Part shown: positions 49,180 through 64,000 of the stretch, in pieces
How the letters are laid out: every line of letters begins with the position of its first letter
How positions within the stretch are numbered: position 1 is the stretch's first letter
Origin: Zygnema circumcarinatum SAG 698-1b
Lineage: Eukaryota > Plantae > Zygnematophyceae
Direction of reading: 5' to 3'
DNA: 64,000 nucleotides
NCBI GenBank assembly: GCA_037447605.1
Contig: CM074807.1
Span: 2,242,327 to 2,306,326 of the forward strand
The notes under the pieces: model-generated
What the model saw: the letters and a program-made list of their open reading frames with translations, nothing else
The model's database searches: none
Told to the model about the DNA's origin: nothing
Translations under genes and position numbers: made by a program

Positions 49180-49330
49180 ACCCGCCTGCTCCAAAAGGCT
49201 CCGTCAGCCATCCCCTCCGCCACCCTCCCCCTCCCTCCCTCCCTCTAAATCTCCATGCGACGGATTCCTGCGCTGTTATTATCTTGTTCGACGGCGCCCG
49301 CACGAGCGTTGAACGACTGAGGGAGTTACA

Positions 49331-49440
49331 GTGACCGTTTTCGAACAGTTCAACGGAACTGACGACACGGAGCGGAAGCCGCGCCGAGACAAAGATACAA
49401 ATTCCCGCGGTGCACAAGAGAGCCGTTGGAAGGTTTGAAG
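49331..49440. promoter_or_regulatory. Cell-cycle cis-module (MSA, E2F-like, CHR-like) in the ICT1 / kinesin bidirectional promoter
   Basis: AACGG cores at 49335-49339 (-) and 49352-49356; full MSA TCCAACGGCT at 49421-49430 (-); ATTCCCGC at 49401-49408; TTCGAA at 49340 and TTTGAA at 49434. Confidence 0.6.
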
Positions 49441-49663
49441 AGGCGGAGAAGGGGGGGAGGCCCATGCATCCATGAGCGCAAAGGGAGGGGGAGGGGGAAG
49501 TAGCGCCATAGCCGCGCTTTGAGGGGGAGGAAGGGGGAAGGGACAGAACGGGCACCTGGCAGGAAAGGGGAGAGGTGGAACTGTGGGAGGCGTTTTATGA
49601 ACCTTTTCTGGTCTTTTCTGGTTGCCACAGCTTTGGTTGACTGCGAGGGATTGACTTGCAGCA

Positions 49664-63298
<13,635 letters not shown>

Positions 63299-63784
63299 GC
63301 TAGAAACAGGCATGGATCATGGATGGGATCCAGTTGTGGGAAAAACAATGTGCATCATGTGAGCCGATTGATTGTACACATAAAGAGTTGCTATGTTTCT
63401 ATGAGGCAGAACATTTCTGGCATTGTACCGTTATAGCAAGTAAGCTATTGTAAAAGATACACGCAGCAAATCGGCTTTGCACTGTGATGAAGTCGATGGT
63501 AGGGGGATAGTGCTTCAACAAACAAAGATTTTTCACTTCACTTCAGTTTTAGAAATCACCTGTAAAAAAACTTGCTGACTTCTAACAAGATTTTTTTGCA
63601 TCACGTGACAAAAAGGTCTTCAAATCACATTATTTTAAAATTTATAACCGCAGCCACAGCCGCGGACACTAGCTCACGCTTTCCTTTTGAAAGGCTACAA
63701 ATTCAATGACGGAACTTGTCTTGTGACATCACAAGACATCACCGGTCTGCAAGTTCTGAACCATGAAAATTTAACTCAAGAGAA

Positions 63785-63830
63785 TTACAGCTGGCGAATT
63801 TTTGCAATGGCGCTGAAGAAATCAGGTATA
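63785..63830 (-). CDS. Probable terminal coding exon of an unidentified gene continuing beyond the window
   Basis: Strong pyrimidine tract plus CAG acceptor on the minus strand (AG at 63832-63831). One frame reads IPDFFSAIAKIRQL* (stop 63787-63785). The frame and product cannot be established. Confidence 0.35.
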
Positions 63831-64000
63831 CTGCAGGAGAGGGAGGCAGCTTGAAGAAGAGGGGGAGAAGCAAAGCGGGTGGAAATATGGCCACATCGCC
63901 GCCGATATCACAGATGCGGAAGCAGCCAGGGAACCTTTTGAGCTTTCTTGAACGCAAAGACAATGTCATCGCTGCCATGCCCAAGCCATGCCCCAGCTTC

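Overview
Eukaryotic nuclear DNA, intron-rich (mostly 100-300 nt introns), ~50% GC. Gene content and sequence style suggest a streptophyte (charophyte-grade) green alga; this is inference and the species cannot be named from the sequence. Genes in order: 3' portion of TAF2 (+), chloroplast co-chaperonin CPN20 (-), METTL13/eEF1A methyltransferase (-), DNA polymerase delta small subunit POLD2 (+), plastid transketolase (+), an AHK1/CKI1-type hybrid sensor histidine kinase (+), ICT1/ArfB-type peptidyl-tRNA hydrolase (-), a CENP-E-like kinesin-7 (+), and a probable terminal exon of an unidentified gene (-). Exons were assembled by hand from the ORF track and GT/GC-AG sites; family calls rest on recalled motifs, not database searches. 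The only accessory-like region is the 5.7-kb gap between transketolase and the kinase (29.8-35.5 kb). It holds a 19-bp minisatellite, two related hAT-like MITEs, a dispersed palindromic repeat family also found in a METTL13 intron, and GC-rich islands dense in CCGTAC (SBP/CuRE-type) and G-box motifs. The most intriguing and speculative signal is there: a GTAC-motif cluster directly upstream of a His-rich (HG)n tract that is in frame with the sensor kinase, hinting at a metal-linked two-component input. Also notable: a 1.9-kb CT tract in a kinesin intron, an E2F/MSA/CHR cell-cycle module in a bidirectional promoter, and three GC-AG introns. No CRISPR, rRNA or tRNA found.
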